Of a DNA stretch of 32,000 nt, positions 14,822 to 25,584 are shown piece after piece (position 1 is the first letter of the stretch; every line of letters begins with the position of its first letter). Origin of the DNA: Gemmata obscuriglobus. GTDB taxonomy: Bacteria > Planctomycetota > Planctomycetia > Gemmatales > Gemmataceae. The position numbers and the translations under genes were made by a program. The notes under the pieces are model-generated. The model had not been told where the DNA came from. It ran no database searches and saw only the letters and a program-made list of their open reading frames with translations. The stretch lies in contig NZ_CP042911.1 in assembly GCF_008065095.1 (NCBI RefSeq), positions 3,810,001 to 3,842,000 on the forward strand. Direction: 5' to 3'.

Positions 14822-17710
14822 ATGCTGTCGCTGTTCCTCAACCCGTGGACGTTCCTCGCCGGCGCGGCGCTGATCGCCGCGCCGATCGTCATCCACCTCA
14901 TCAACCGGATCCGGTTCCGGCGGGTGCAGTGGGCGGCGATGGAGTTCTTGCTGAAGGCGCAGAAGCGGATGCGCCGCCGCAAGATCCTCGAGCAGCTCCT
15001 GCTCCTGCTCCTGCGGTGCCTGATCGTGTTCCTCGTCGGGCTGCTGCTCGGGCGGTTCCTCGGGTGCAACTCCGGACAGGGCAAGGAGACCCGCGCGACG
15101 ACGCACCTCGTCATCCTCGACGACTCGCCCAGCATGGCCGACGTGTGGCGCGACGAGGGGGCGCAGACGGACGCGTTCGCCGTCGGCAAGCGGCTGATCC
15201 ACGAGAAGCTGATGCGGGCGGCGGGCGAGGCGGCCACCGCGCAGACGTTCCAGGTGATGCGTACTTCGGAACTCGGGAAGCCGTTCCCGGCGAAGCCCGA
15301 AGAGGCCAAGGTCAACGCCGCCGCGATCGAGGCGATGGAGGGGCACCTCGCCCAGTTCCAGGTGTCCACCGTCCGGCGGAGCCTGCGGGACGCCCTCGAC
15401 GCCGCGAAGGCCCACATGGCCACCGTGCCGGCGGGCGAGGCGAAGGTGATCCACGTCCTGTCGGACCTCCGCAACGTGGACTGGGCCGAGGACGGGCAGG
15501 CCGTCAACGACAAGCTCACCGAACTGAAAGACAGCGGCGCGACGGTCCACCTGATCGACGTGGCCCCCCCGGCGCGCAAGCCGGACCGCAAGTCGCCGCC
15601 GTTCACCGACAACGTGGCGATCGTGGAGGTGAAGCCCCGCAACCGCGTCGTGGCCGCTAACCAGCAGACCGAACTCGAGGTGAGGCTCAAGAACTACGGC
15701 AGCACCGACCTCAAGGAGGTTCGGGTGGAGTTTTACGTCAACGGCGAGATGCGCCGCGACATCTCGCTGGTGGTGCCGAGCCTGCCCGCGAACCAGGAGC
15801 GGGTGGCGACGTGTCAGGCGACGTTCACCCAGGTCGGCACCCGCGAGAAGCCGCTGGACCGGTTCAACCTCGTGACCGCGGTGCTCGCCGTCCCCGAGCC
15901 GGGCGGCCTCGCCATCGACAACGTCCGCCACGCCGTGGTCGAGGTGCGGCCGAAGCTCCAGGTGCTGGTGGTGGACGGCCGGGTGGACAAGCGCGACAAG
16001 CAGGACGGCGACAGCTTCTACCTGCGGCGCCTCTTCATCGACTCGTTCGGGGGCATCGACTGGGTCACCACCGAGCCGCCCAAACTGGACGGGCTGGACC
16101 TCCGCCCGTTCACGACGGTCTACCTGCTGAACGTACCGACCCTGTCGCCGGGGGCGGTGACGAACCTGGAGCAGTTCGTCTCGAACGGCGGCGGGGTGGG
16201 CGTGTTCCTCGGCCCCGACGTTAAGCCCGACGAGTACACGGCCCGGATGTACAAGGGCGGGGCCGGGTTCTTCCCGGTGCCGCTGCCGGCGAAGTTCACC
16301 GACGAGCTGAAGCCCGAGCAGAAGACCGCGCGGGAGCTGGCGTTCGGGAAGCGGGTGATCCTGCGCGACCCGGCGAACCGGCAGCACCCGGCGCTGTCCG
16401 CGATCTACACCAACGAGCGCGGCGGCACCGCCAAGGACAGCGAGGTGGAGCGGTACTTCCTGTTCACCAACATCGACTTCTACTGGCCGGTGGCCCGGCG
16501 CGGCGGCTGGCGCGAGGACAAGTTGGTGCGGGAGCTGTACTGCATGCCCAACGAGAAGCCGATCGCCGAGTTCGAGGAGCGGGCGCGGAACCTCGTGATC
16601 GAGGTGAAGAAGCGGTACAACGAGCCGAAGTTCGAGAAGGCCCGCAAGTACCTGGACCCGCTGCTGCGGCAGATCCAGGAGACGCCCGCGCAGGTGGGCA
16701 TCCCGCTGTCGGTGCTAGCCCGTTACCTCGACCAGCTCCTGTGCGACCAGATCAACGACGGCGACGAGAGCGAGCCGGTGCTGCGCGACTTCTGGAGCCA
16801 GCCGGAGCTGGCCGAGGTGCGCCCGCAGGCGACGGCCCTGCGCGACGAGGCCAAGTTCGGCGACCCGCTGTACATCGTGAAGGAGTTCGGGCGCGGGCGG
16901 GTGGCGGTGATGACCACCGACGCCGGCGGCACCCACAGCCCCGGGAACAAGCAGTGGACGGACTGGCCGTCGGGTAAGGGGAGCCCCGGCTGGGTCGTGG
17001 TCGTGAGCGAGATGCAGAAGTACCTGTCCGGCGGCGGCGCGGAAGGGAACCTGGCGCTGGGGGACCGGTTCTTCGCCGAGTTCGAGGCCACCCGGTACAA
17101 GCCGTTCGCGGCCCGGCACCTGCTGACCGCGGACGTGGCGAAGGCCGAGGGCGGGCGCGCCCTGCTCACCCTCAAGCCGCTGACCGATCAGGTGCTCGAT
17201 CAGCCCGCGAACCCGCCCGACGCCGCACCGGACGCGCCGCGCCGGCCGCTCCAACTCGCGTACGCCGACGCCCGGGTGCCGGGCGCCTACCTCTTCTCCC
17301 TGACGCGCCTGAAGGGCGACAAGGACCCGCCGGGCACCCCCGCCGAGCAGCCCGATTACGCGGCGGTGGCGTTCAACGTGGACGCGATGCGCGAGGCGGA
17401 CCTGCGGCGCGCGAACACCGACGACCTGGCGCAGTGGACCAACAAGGCCCCGATCCACAACACCGATGACCTCTCGTGGCTCGACGACTTCAAGCAGAAG
17501 CCGTCGGACATGTCGAGCCGGCGGTGGCTGTACTTCCTGCTCCTGCTGGTGCTGATCGCCGAGCAGGCGTGGGCCGTCCGGATGAGCTACCACACCAAGC
17601 CGGAAGACCTGGAGGCGCTGGCCCCCAGCGCCGCCGCCGCGTTCCAGCCGCGGTCCACCCCGCTCCCGACCGAGGCCGCCGCGGACGAACCGGTCGGCGC
17701 CGGCGCGTGA
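14822..17710 (+). CDS. BatA_N (N-terminal double-transmembrane) / vWA-domain membrane protein, 962 aa
   Basis: The N-terminus MLSLFLNPWTFLAGAALIAAPIVIHLINR plus a second TM (LLLLLLRCLIVFLVGLLLG) matches the aerotolerance-regulator BatA N-terminal architecture. A MIDAS-type HLVILDDSPSM is followed later by VLSDL. There is a C-terminal TM, RRWLYFLLLLVLIAEQAWAV. Confidence 0.88.
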   Translation: MLSLFLNPWTFLAGAALIAAPIVIHLINRIRFRRVQWAAMEFLLKAQKRMRRRKILEQLLLLLLRCLIVFLVGLLLGRFLGCNSGQGKETRATTHLVILDDSPSMADVWRDEGAQTDAFAVGKRLIHEKLMRAAGEAATAQTFQVMRTSELGKPFPAKPEEAKVNAAAIEAMEGHLAQFQVSTVRRSLRDALDAAKAHMATVPAGEAKVIHVLSDLRNVDWAEDGQAVNDKLTELKDSGATVHLIDVAPPARKPDRKSPPFTDNVAIVEVKPRNRVVAANQQTELEVRLKNYGSTDLKEVRVEFYVNGEMRRDISLVVPSLPANQERVATCQATFTQVGTREKPLDRFNLVTAVLAVPEPGGLAIDNVRHAVVEVRPKLQVLVVDGRVDKRDKQDGDSFYLRRLFIDSFGGIDWVTTEPPKLDGLDLRPFTTVYLLNVPTLSPGAVTNLEQFVSNGGGVGVFLGPDVKPDEYTARMYKGGAGFFPVPLPAKFTDELKPEQKTARELAFGKRVILRDPANRQHPALSAIYTNERGGTAKDSEVERYFLFTNIDFYWPVARRGGWREDKLVRELYCMPNEKPIAEFEERARNLVIEVKKRYNEPKFEKARKYLDPLLRQIQETPAQVGIPLSVLARYLDQLLCDQINDGDESEPVLRDFWSQPELAEVRPQATALRDEAKFGDPLYIVKEFGRGRVAVMTTDAGGTHSPGNKQWTDWPSGKGSPGWVVVVSEMQKYLSGGGAEGNLALGDRFFAEFEATRYKPFAARHLLTADVAKAEGGRALLTLKPLTDQVLDQPANPPDAAPDAPRRPLQLAYADARVPGAYLFSLTRLKGDKDPPGTPAEQPDYAAVAFNVDAMREADLRRANTDDLAQWTNKAPIHNTDDLSWLDDFKQKPSDMSSRRWLYFLLLLVLIAEQAWAVRMSYHTKPEDLEALAPSAAAAFQPRSTPLPTEAAADEPVGAGA

Positions 17711-17841
17711 CGTGACCGCGCCGGTCCGCCCTCGCTTGAGCGGTGAGGGCGACCGCACACAGGTAGGCAGGCATGCGGCCCCGACGCGCGGGCCGCGCCA
17801 GACCGCAGACGAACACAACGACCGCACCGGCGGGCAGGCAG

Positions 17842-20800
17842 ATGAACGAAACCGCGACGACCCGAAAGACCGAGTACGTGTTCCGCCGGCTGGTCGATTC
17901 GTTCGACCAGTTCGGGCAGGACCTGCTCTCCGCGCTCGCGCTGAACGCCTTTTCGCTGGCGCTCATCGGCGCGCTCGCGCTGGTCGTGCTCGCGCGCGTC
18001 GGGTACCGCCTGGCGTCCTCCGGTCGCCCGCTCAAGACCGGCGTCTCGGACGCGTCCGCGTTCGGGGTGGTGTGGGGCGTGGTCGGCTCCCTCGCCGTGT
18101 TCGCCGTCCTCGTCGAATCGATGGTGCTGCTCGCCGCGGCGCGTGGGGGCAGCACCGAGGTGCCGCTCTGGCGGCTGCTCGTCGCCGTTGCGGCGGTGCC
18201 GCTGGGCGCGCTGACCGCGCTGGCCGCCCTGTTCGCCGTGTTCAAAATCCTGTTCCCGCGGCGCACCGCGGCGTCCCCGCCGCGGGACCTGCCCGCCGTC
18301 GCGCTCGCCCTCCTGACGGGACTGCTCGTCGGCACGCTCGTCGTGTGGTGGGTGGTATCGTACTTCGGGGTGGACGCCCAGCAGGTGAAGGGCGAGGCCG
18401 ATTCGCTGGCCACCACCGGCGACCTGAACAAGGTCAAGTGGCTGGTACTCGTCGCCTTCGTGTTCGGCGCCGGCGCGCTGTTCACTCTGTTCACCTACAT
18501 CCTCGACATGCGGACCGCGCCGTGGTTCGTGGCGGTACCGCTCGCGCTGGTCCGCACCGCCGTGTACGGTGCCCTTTGCGTCCTGTTCCTGCTGCCGGCC
18601 GAGCAGACGTGGGAGGAGACGAACAAGCAGTCCCGGGTGGTGATCCTGCTCGACATCACCCCGAGCGTGACCGCCGTGAGCGACGAGGCCGGCGCGACCG
18701 CCAAGAAGCGGATCGACGTGCTCATCGAGTTCCTGACCGACGAGAAGGTCGCGTTCCTGAAGAACCTGCTCGACAAGAACCCGGTGGCGGTGTACGCGTT
18801 CGGCACCCGGCTCGACGAGGCCCCGGCGCTGATCCCGCGCGGCGCCCCGGTGTGGTCGAAGGGCGAGTGGGACTCGTTCCGCCGCTACGACTTCAAGCCG
18901 TTCGTACTGAAAGGGCTGTCGGACGCCGGCCAGGCGCAGCTCCGGCAGTCGTCGAAGTGGGGCGACGGGCCGGGAACCGCGGACTGGGCGCAGGAGTGGT
19001 TCGCGCGGCGCGGCGACGGCGAGCTGAAGGCGTTCTCGGGCCTGGAGTCCGACGCCGACGTGGAGGCGCTCCGCAAGAACCTCGACAAGCTCGACAAGCG
19101 CATCGACGTGGCCCGCACCATCACGCTCGGCACCAACGTGCCCGACGCCGTGACCGCGGCGGTCACCCGCGAGGCGTCCAACATGGTGCAGGGGATCGTC
19201 GTCCTGTCGGACGGGCGCAGCAACCTGGGCTCGGAGTCGAGTTACGCCGAGCTGCGGGACCGGGCGGGCAAAGAGAAAATCCCAGTGTTCACGGTCGTGG
19301 TCGGTGAGGACCGCGAGCGCGTCGCCATCAGCGTCACCGACATCCAGGCCCCCGACGCCGCGCCCATCGACGAGGCGTGGAAGTTCATCGTCGAGGCCGA
19401 CGGCCAGAACCTTGCGAACAAGGAGGTCGAGGTGCTGCTCGACCTGTACGCCCCGGGCAACACCCCCGTGCCGGGCCGGGACGTGAAGGACCTCACCCCG
19501 AACGAGACGTTCCGGCAGAAGCTCGTGTTCGCGCCCGGCGACCCGCCTCACGGGCAGGTCGAGTTCGTCATCGACCCGGCGAAGCTCCCCGAGAAGCTGA
19601 CCGAGCCGTCGAAGGACGCCGCGATCCCGAAGCCGGTGCTGAAGGAGGGCAAGTGGGCCGCGCGGGCGCGGATCGCGCGGGACCCGCAGGAAGCGTTCCC
19701 CGACCCGGAGCACTTCAGCACGGTGCGCGAGGTCAGCGTGCTCCGGCAGAAGCTCAAGATCCTGCTCGTCGCGGGGGCGCCGAGCCGCGAGTTCACGTTC
19801 CTCCGCACGCTGCTCGCCCGTGAAGTGCAGGAGCAGCGGGCCACGCTCACCACGTTCGTGCAGAACGAGGCCGGCACCACCGGGAAGCTCACCGCGGAGC
19901 AAGACGAGGTCGTGATCCGCCGGTTCCCGACCCACTTCGACCTGCGGTCCAACAAGGGCGTGGACCCGGCCGACCGGCCGTACAACATGAACGAGTACGA
20001 CGTGATGATCGCGTTCGACCCGGACTGGTCGGAGCTGTCGGCCCAGCAGGCCGAGGACCTGAGCCGGTGGGTGCGCGAGGGCGGCGGCGGGCTGATCTTC
20101 GTGGCCGGGCCGATCAACACGTTCCAGCTCGCCCGGGTGGAGGAGAACAGCAAGCACGACCCGCTGCTGAAGATCCTGCCGGTGCAGCCGGCGGACATCA
20201 TCGCCCAGCGGATCAAGCCGATCCCGAAGTCCCCGCGGCGCCTGTACCTGAACCCGAAGGCCATCATCGGCTCGGACCTGCTGCGGCTCGATGACCGGGT
20301 GCAGGACGACCCGATCGCGGGGTGGGAGCGGTTCTTCACCGACCGGGACCGCTACGTCAAGGACCCGGACGACCGCGTCGAGCTCTACCCGACCCGCGGG
20401 TTCTTCTCGTGCTACCCCCTCAAGCCGGACGTGGGCATCGGCGGGGTGAAGGCGGGCAGCGCGGTGCTCGCGGAGTTCGCGGACGTGGGCGACAACAACG
20501 AGGTCGTGAAACTCCCGTATGTGGTGACCAACAACCCGTCCGCGGCGTACCGCACCTGCTACATCGGTTCGGGCGAGTTCCACAAGATGCGGTCCTACGA
20601 GCCGGGCGAGGGCACCGGGCGGGAGTTCTTCGAGCGCGTCTGGATCAAGATGATCAAGTACATGGGCGGGAAGCGCAACGTGAAGGCGCCCCGCGGCCGC
20701 TTACTGGTGGGCAAAGAGGCTGTCGCCGGGGCGCCGCTGCGGGTCCAGGCCCGCGTGCTCAACGAGAGCGCCAAGCCCTATGAGGTCACCGCTCCGCCGC

Positions 20801-21780
20801 CGAAGTTCCTGGTGGTTCAGGAGCCGAAGCAGGGCGACAAGCGGACGTTCGGCCCGTTCGATATGGCCGCGAAGCCCAACCCGGGCGGCGGGTTCGACGG
20901 GTACTACGCCGGCCAGGTGCTGCTCGACCCCAAGCAGTTCGCCGCGGACGACTCGACCTACCGGGTCGAGATCGAGATCCCCGACTCGGCCGGCGACAAG
21001 CTGACCGGCGAGTTCAAGATCCGCGCCGCGGACCCGGAGATGGACAACAAGCGCCCCGACTTCGGCGCGATGGTGCGGATGGCCAGCGAGTTCGACAAGG
21101 ACTTCCAGGCCCGGCTCACCGACAAGGTGAAGAGCGAGCTGGGGACCAAGCTGCCGAAAGAAGGCAACGTCCCCCGGCTCGCGTTCAAGGCCACCGACCA
21201 CGAACTGCTGAAGCTGATCCCCGAGTGCATGAAGACCGAGACCCGCAACACCGAGGTTCGCGGGCCGGTCAACGACCTGTGGGACAAGCCGCTGCGGTTC
21301 AGCGTCGGCGGGCTGGAGGTGCGGCTGCTCGACTTCGACCTGACCGCCGAGCGGCTCGCGGTGGGGCTCAACATCGCCCTCGTGGCGGCGCTGGTGCTGA
21401 TGGTGGCGCGCGGGGTGTGGGCCAGCGTGTACGAGCGCATCGGACGGACGCCGTGGCTGGTCGTGATGATCGCGGTGACGGCCCTTGAGGTCGTCGCGCT
21501 GGTCGGGCTCGGCGTGATGGTCGGCGTCGGAGAACTCGACTGGTGGTACTTCATGGTCGCCGTCGGGGTGTTCCTGACCCAGGTGCTCGCGTTCCGGGCC
21601 GACTGGGGCAGCGGGCTGCTGATCCTCGGGGCCGCGCTGCTCGCGGCCGTTGCTGTGAAGGTTGTGGCCCACCGCACGCAGTTCAGTGGCGACAACGTGC
21701 AGATCAGCTTCGCGCTGCTCGCCGTGGTGTCGCTGCTCTCGCTCGAGTGGCTCACCCGCAAAGTGTCCCGCTTGGCGTGA
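17842..21780 (+). CDS. Large multipass membrane protein with vWA-like domain, about 1313 aa
   Basis: Several N-terminal TM helices. vWA-like VVILLDITPSVTAVSD ... VVLSDGRSNLG ... PVFTVVVG. A cluster of C-terminal TM helices: WLVVMIAVTALEVVALVGLGVMVGV, WWYFMVAVGVFLTQVLAF, LLILGAALLAAVAVKVV, FALLAVVSLLSLEW. ATG 17842 is preferred over ATG 17773 because the 23 intervening codons include several rare codons (CGA, AGA, ACA, GCA, AGG). Confidence 0.8.
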   Translation: MNETATTRKTEYVFRRLVDSFDQFGQDLLSALALNAFSLALIGALALVVLARVGYRLASSGRPLKTGVSDASAFGVVWGVVGSLAVFAVLVESMVLLAAARGGSTEVPLWRLLVAVAAVPLGALTALAALFAVFKILFPRRTAASPPRDLPAVALALLTGLLVGTLVVWWVVSYFGVDAQQVKGEADSLATTGDLNKVKWLVLVAFVFGAGALFTLFTYILDMRTAPWFVAVPLALVRTAVYGALCVLFLLPAEQTWEETNKQSRVVILLDITPSVTAVSDEAGATAKKRIDVLIEFLTDEKVAFLKNLLDKNPVAVYAFGTRLDEAPALIPRGAPVWSKGEWDSFRRYDFKPFVLKGLSDAGQAQLRQSSKWGDGPGTADWAQEWFARRGDGELKAFSGLESDADVEALRKNLDKLDKRIDVARTITLGTNVPDAVTAAVTREASNMVQGIVVLSDGRSNLGSESSYAELRDRAGKEKIPVFTVVVGEDRERVAISVTDIQAPDAAPIDEAWKFIVEADGQNLANKEVEVLLDLYAPGNTPVPGRDVKDLTPNETFRQKLVFAPGDPPHGQVEFVIDPAKLPEKLTEPSKDAAIPKPVLKEGKWAARARIARDPQEAFPDPEHFSTVREVSVLRQKLKILLVAGAPSREFTFLRTLLAREVQEQRATLTTFVQNEAGTTGKLTAEQDEVVIRRFPTHFDLRSNKGVDPADRPYNMNEYDVMIAFDPDWSELSAQQAEDLSRWVREGGGGLIFVAGPINTFQLARVEENSKHDPLLKILPVQPADIIAQRIKPIPKSPRRLYLNPKAIIGSDLLRLDDRVQDDPIAGWERFFTDRDRYVKDPDDRVELYPTRGFFSCYPLKPDVGIGGVKAGSAVLAEFADVGDNNEVVKLPYVVTNNPSAAYRTCYIGSGEFHKMRSYEPGEGTGREFFERVWIKMIKYMGGKRNVKAPRGRLLVGKEAVAGAPLRVQARVLNESAKPYEVTAPPPKFLVVQEPKQGDKRTFGPFDMAAKPNPGGGFDGYYAGQVLLDPKQFAADDSTYRVEIEIPDSAGDKLTGEFKIRAADPEMDNKRPDFGAMVRMASEFDKDFQARLTDKVKSELGTKLPKEGNVPRLAFKATDHELLKLIPECMKTETRNTEVRGPVNDLWDKPLRFSVGGLEVRLLDFDLTAERLAVGLNIALVAALVLMVARGVWASVYERIGRTPWLVVMIAVTALEVVALVGLGVMVGVGELDWWYFMVAVGVFLTQVLAFRADWGSGLLILGAALLAAVAVKVVAHRTQFSGDNVQISFALLAVVSLLSLEWLTRKVSRLA

Positions 21781-21883
21781 CGGACAGGTTGGCGCGCCGC
21801 GCTCCGCGTGATGGGATGCGACCCCTCGGCGGGTCGCCCACCGGAGCCGCCCGGAATTCGACTCGCTACTGAGAGCCGCTGAT

Positions 21884-24800
21884 ATGGCGACCGCCGAAGG
21901 AACCCGCCGGACGAACGTGACGCCGCAGCACGTGGCGCGCGACCCCGCCGTGTTCAACCCGCTCAACCAGTTACGCAGCACCATCCGCCGCTACATCCTG
22001 CTGGAGGGGGTGCTGTCGGCCTGCCTGTTCGCGGTCGCGTGGTTCGCGCTCGGGCTGGTGCTCGACTTCGTGTTCTTCAAGGTCACCGGCGTGGACTGGG
22101 TGCTCGCGGGGCACTGGTGCGCGCGGGTCTTCCTGGTCGTGGTCGCGTTCGCCGTGGTCACCGCGATCGTTGAGGGGGGTATCGCGGCGGCCGTGTTCTT
22201 CGGCGCCTCGCTGACCCTCGGGTTGGTGGAATACCTGTGCGTGTCGGCCTTCGGCTCCGGCGAATGGGTCGAGCACGCGCCGCTGTGGTTCCGCCTCGGC
22301 ACCTTACTGTGGGTGTCGCTGCCCCTGGCGGCGGTCATCGGGTTCCGGCTGCTGCGTCGGCTCACCAAGGAACTCTCTTACGAGACGCTGGCGCTCGTGC
22401 TCGAGCGCCGGTTCCCCAAGCTCCTGGGCGACCGGCTCATCACCGCGGTCGAGATGGGGAACGTCAACAGAATGAAGGAGTTCGGGTACTCCGAAGAGAT
22501 GCTCCTGGCGACCATCGTCGAGGCCCGGGAGCGGGTGGCGCAGGTGCCGGTGAGCAAGGTGTTCAACTGGCGCCGGCTGTGGCTCCTGGGGTTCGCGTCG
22601 GTGGCGCTGGTGCTGGGAACCGTGACCGTCGGGGTCGCGTCCCACGCGCTCGCGGCCCGCTCCGTCCAGCCGGCCCGCGCGGGGTGGAAACTCGCGCACG
22701 TGAGCGGGATCTTCCTGGAGCGGAACGTCGGGCTGATGAGCACCCCGTGGCCGCGCCGGGCGCACATCGAGCTGGTCGGGTTCCCGGAGACCGAGGCCAC
22801 CGTCAGCCGGGACGTAGCGACCGTGCCGATTACCGCACGGGCGTACAAGTGGGTGGTCGCGGACCCGTCGGTCCGTGCGGGCTGGCGGCCGATGAAGTGG
22901 GGCGACGTGACCCCCGAGCTGATCGGCCGCGACGTGCCCGCGATCGACGCCGCGGCGCTGCTCCGGACCGACGACACGAGCCTCCCGGCGCAACTCAATG
23001 ACTGGTACGTCGACGCGGTCGAGGCCCGGCTCTTCGTGCCTGCCGACGCACCGGATGACTCGCTCGCACCGGAGGCGCTGGCGTACCGTAACCGGTTGCG
23101 GGAGAGCCTCGGAAGCGGTTTCGCCGCCGCGCAGGATGTGTTCGCGGCGCTCAACGCGGCCGCCGACCGGCCGAGCATGGAACGGACCTTGCGGAAGCTG
23201 GAACTCACCCGCCCGGAGGCGCGAACCGACGAGAACGGCGCGCCGGTCGTGGTGCAGGCGCCGCTGAAGCTCCAGTCCTACTACCGCGGGCTCAAGTTCA
23301 AGGGTAAGGGCGACCTCACCCCCAAGCAGAACAACGAGTACACCGGCGACGTGAGCGGGCTGAAAGAGGACGTGTACTTCTACGTCGAGGCGGACGACTT
23401 CCAAACGCCGGCGCAGCGCATCCGGCTGATCCCGCCCCCGACCCTGAAGCGGCTCTACCGGATTCAGGAGGAGCCGGCGTACCTGCACCACGCCCCGGCC
23501 ACGGGAGCCGGCTTCGAGGACCTGCGCGGCCGCCGGCAGGTGATGGGCGAGAAGAACCTCTCGCTGACCGGCGAGCGGTCCGTGTTCGTGGTGCCCGCGG
23601 GCACCCAGGTGACCATCCACGCCGACCCGTACACCGACGACGACGGTAACGTGTCGGACAACGACGCCGTGGTGTCTGCGGTCGCGGTTCCGGTGGTCGG
23701 GAAGTTCCCCGGCGCCGTGTTCGGTGGCGACGGGAAGGTCACCCAGACCCCTGTCCCCCTCGCGGTGACGCCGGGCAAGGGCTGGACCGTCACCTTCCGT
23801 AACGGGTGGGACGACTACGACGCGCCGACTCGCGCCGCTCTGTCGGTGCTGAAGGGCATTTACCCCGAACGCGACGGGCGCGCGAACGTCGATTTCCGGC
23901 TCAAGGACCCGGTCGAGTTCAAGGTGACGTGGACGAACAAGTACAACGTCAGCACCACCCGGTCGATTCTGATCCAGGTGACGCAGGACCAGCCGCCGGT
24001 CGTCGAGGTCGGCGTGGACGTGATCCGCAAGATCGGCAACACCTACCTCGTCACCCCGAAGGTCCGCATCCCGTTCAACCCCGACAGTTTCATCAAGGAC
24101 GACCACGGGCTGAGCAAGGTCGAGTACACGTTCACCTACTCGGCCGAGGACTCGGACGTGGTCCGGGGGCTGCGCACCAAGTACGCGCTGCGGTCGCTGT
24201 TGGACCTGCCCACCGGGGCGCATTTCCCCACCGCGATGTTGCCCCGGCTGCACGCCGACAACTTCCGGACCCTCGACAAGAACGACGACCGGCTGACCGC
24301 GTCGGTGTTCGTGAGCGAGTGGGCGAACCAGAACGGCCGGCTCCGCCGCGAGACCCCCGACCGGCTCGCCGAACTGCTGAAGACCCCGTCCGGGGACGAC
24401 GTGAACCAGGAGGCGGTGCGGAAGGTCGAGCTGAAGAACGCCGACCGCGACTACTTCGACCTGAAGGAGCTGAACGACCTCGGGATCATCAAGATCCTCG
24501 CCCCGCCGGGGGAGGCCCAGCAGAGCTACCGGATGGACCTGTTCGTGCAGGCCACGGACAACAACGCGGACCACGACGGCGGGCCGCGCGTCACCCGGGG
24601 CAGCGAGCCGATTCGGCTGCGGGTGGTGTCCGAGGGCGACCTGCTGTTGGAGATCAGCAAGGAGGAAGAGGCGCTCGGCACGCGTCTGGACGAGGCCCTC
24701 GTTCAGCTCGCCGCCGCGAAGCGCGCTTACGAGTTCGTCCGCTCCTCGAACGGGTTCAAGGAAGAGACACCCGAGGTGGTGGACACCGTGAAGGTGCGGT

Positions 24801-25534
24801 CGCAGACCGCCGTGAACGCGGTGGACAAGTCCCGCGACATCGTGAACACGGTGCTCCGCGAGTTCCGCCGCATCGCCCGCGAGTGCGAGGTGAACCGGGT
24901 CGTCGAGGTCACGACCAAGAACTACCAGGGGTATTGCTCACGGCTCGACACGATCCTGAGTGAAGACCCGAACGCATCGGTCGCGTTCCCCAAGACGCTC
25001 AACCTGCTCAACGTCGTCCAGGCGCCGCTGAACACCAGCCACTGGGCGCCACTCGTCGCGGTGACCGACGCCGAACAGTCCCTCTACGCACTGGAGCGCG
25101 AACTTCAGGCGATCCGCAAGGAGATCGGCGAGTCGCTGAGCAAGGAGCAGTTCATCAAGAACCTGCGGAAGCTCCGCGACGACCAGCTCCGGGTGGAAAA
25201 AGACATTGAGGCGATGAAGCGCCAGTTTGAAGTCGAGCAGGGGGCGAAGACGGCAAAGGTCAGCCCGGTCGGGGCCATCGCCTTGACGAAGGGCGAGACC
25301 AAGAAGATCCAGCACGCCATCGCCTGGCGGCAGTACAAGGAGGATGAGCTGATCGTGAAGCTGACCTCTTCCGACCCCGCGGTCGTGGTCCCCGCCCAGC
25401 TCACACTTACATATGAGAACAACCAGTTCCGGTTCGAGTACGAGGTGAAAGCCGGTTCCAAAGAAGGCACCTACAAGATCACCGTGACGCCGGGCGCGGG
25501 TGAGCCGGTCGAGGTCACCGTGATCGTGAAGTGA
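21884..25534 (+). CDS. 1216-aa membrane-anchored protein, uncharacterised (N-terminal TM bundle, long extracytoplasmic region, coiled-coil segment, C-terminal Ig-like module); possibly DUF4175-like
   Basis: Long ORF with high G/C at third positions. N-terminal hydrophobic helices: LLEGVLSACLFAVAWFALGLVLDFVFF, VFLVVVAFAVVTAIV, LWVSLPLAAVIGF, LWLLGFASVALVLGTVTVGV. Coiled-coil-like LRKLRDDQLRVEKDIEAMKRQFEVEQ. Beta-rich C-terminus ending TYKITVTPGAGEPVEVTVIVK. No catalytic motif recognised. Confidence 0.8.
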   Translation: MATAEGTRRTNVTPQHVARDPAVFNPLNQLRSTIRRYILLEGVLSACLFAVAWFALGLVLDFVFFKVTGVDWVLAGHWCARVFLVVVAFAVVTAIVEGGIAAAVFFGASLTLGLVEYLCVSAFGSGEWVEHAPLWFRLGTLLWVSLPLAAVIGFRLLRRLTKELSYETLALVLERRFPKLLGDRLITAVEMGNVNRMKEFGYSEEMLLATIVEARERVAQVPVSKVFNWRRLWLLGFASVALVLGTVTVGVASHALAARSVQPARAGWKLAHVSGIFLERNVGLMSTPWPRRAHIELVGFPETEATVSRDVATVPITARAYKWVVADPSVRAGWRPMKWGDVTPELIGRDVPAIDAAALLRTDDTSLPAQLNDWYVDAVEARLFVPADAPDDSLAPEALAYRNRLRESLGSGFAAAQDVFAALNAAADRPSMERTLRKLELTRPEARTDENGAPVVVQAPLKLQSYYRGLKFKGKGDLTPKQNNEYTGDVSGLKEDVYFYVEADDFQTPAQRIRLIPPPTLKRLYRIQEEPAYLHHAPATGAGFEDLRGRRQVMGEKNLSLTGERSVFVVPAGTQVTIHADPYTDDDGNVSDNDAVVSAVAVPVVGKFPGAVFGGDGKVTQTPVPLAVTPGKGWTVTFRNGWDDYDAPTRAALSVLKGIYPERDGRANVDFRLKDPVEFKVTWTNKYNVSTTRSILIQVTQDQPPVVEVGVDVIRKIGNTYLVTPKVRIPFNPDSFIKDDHGLSKVEYTFTYSAEDSDVVRGLRTKYALRSLLDLPTGAHFPTAMLPRLHADNFRTLDKNDDRLTASVFVSEWANQNGRLRRETPDRLAELLKTPSGDDVNQEAVRKVELKNADRDYFDLKELNDLGIIKILAPPGEAQQSYRMDLFVQATDNNADHDGGPRVTRGSEPIRLRVVSEGDLLLEISKEEEALGTRLDEALVQLAAAKRAYEFVRSSNGFKEETPEVVDTVKVRSQTAVNAVDKSRDIVNTVLREFRRIARECEVNRVVEVTTKNYQGYCSRLDTILSEDPNASVAFPKTLNLLNVVQAPLNTSHWAPLVAVTDAEQSLYALERELQAIRKEIGESLSKEQFIKNLRKLRDDQLRVEKDIEAMKRQFEVEQGAKTAKVSPVGAIALTKGETKKIQHAIAWRQYKEDELIVKLTSSDPAVVVPAQLTLTYENNQFRFEYEVKAGSKEGTYKITVTPGAGEPVEVTVIVK

Positions 25535-25566
25535 CAGCCGTACCGTTGGGGTTCCTGGTTCTGAAA

Positions 25567-25584
25567 CGGCACGGGCGCGTGCCG
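25567..25584 (+). terminator. Hairpin downstream of the 1216-aa gene (terminator-like, no U-tract)
   Basis: CGGCACG-GGCG-CGTGCCG, a 7-bp stem with a 4-nt loop, 33 nt after the TGA at 25532-25534. It is flanked by GTTCC/GTTCT pentamers at 25551, 25558 and 25591. Confidence 0.3.

Noticed and set aside
13640-16387. 915-aa minus-strand ORF spanning DUF58, the BatA-like gene and two intergenic spacers. Similar long antisense ORFs: 1362..2501, 8265..10346, 12592..14022, 17587..20583, 20701..21984, 22304..24574, 27461..28972, 28524..29633.
   Set aside because: These are shadow ORFs. They share triplet boundaries with the sense genes, so an antisense stop needs a sense TTA, CTA or TCA codon, and those are rare at this G+C. 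Their translations are Arg/Pro/Gly/His/Leu-rich with no motifs, while the sense strands carry strong family signatures.
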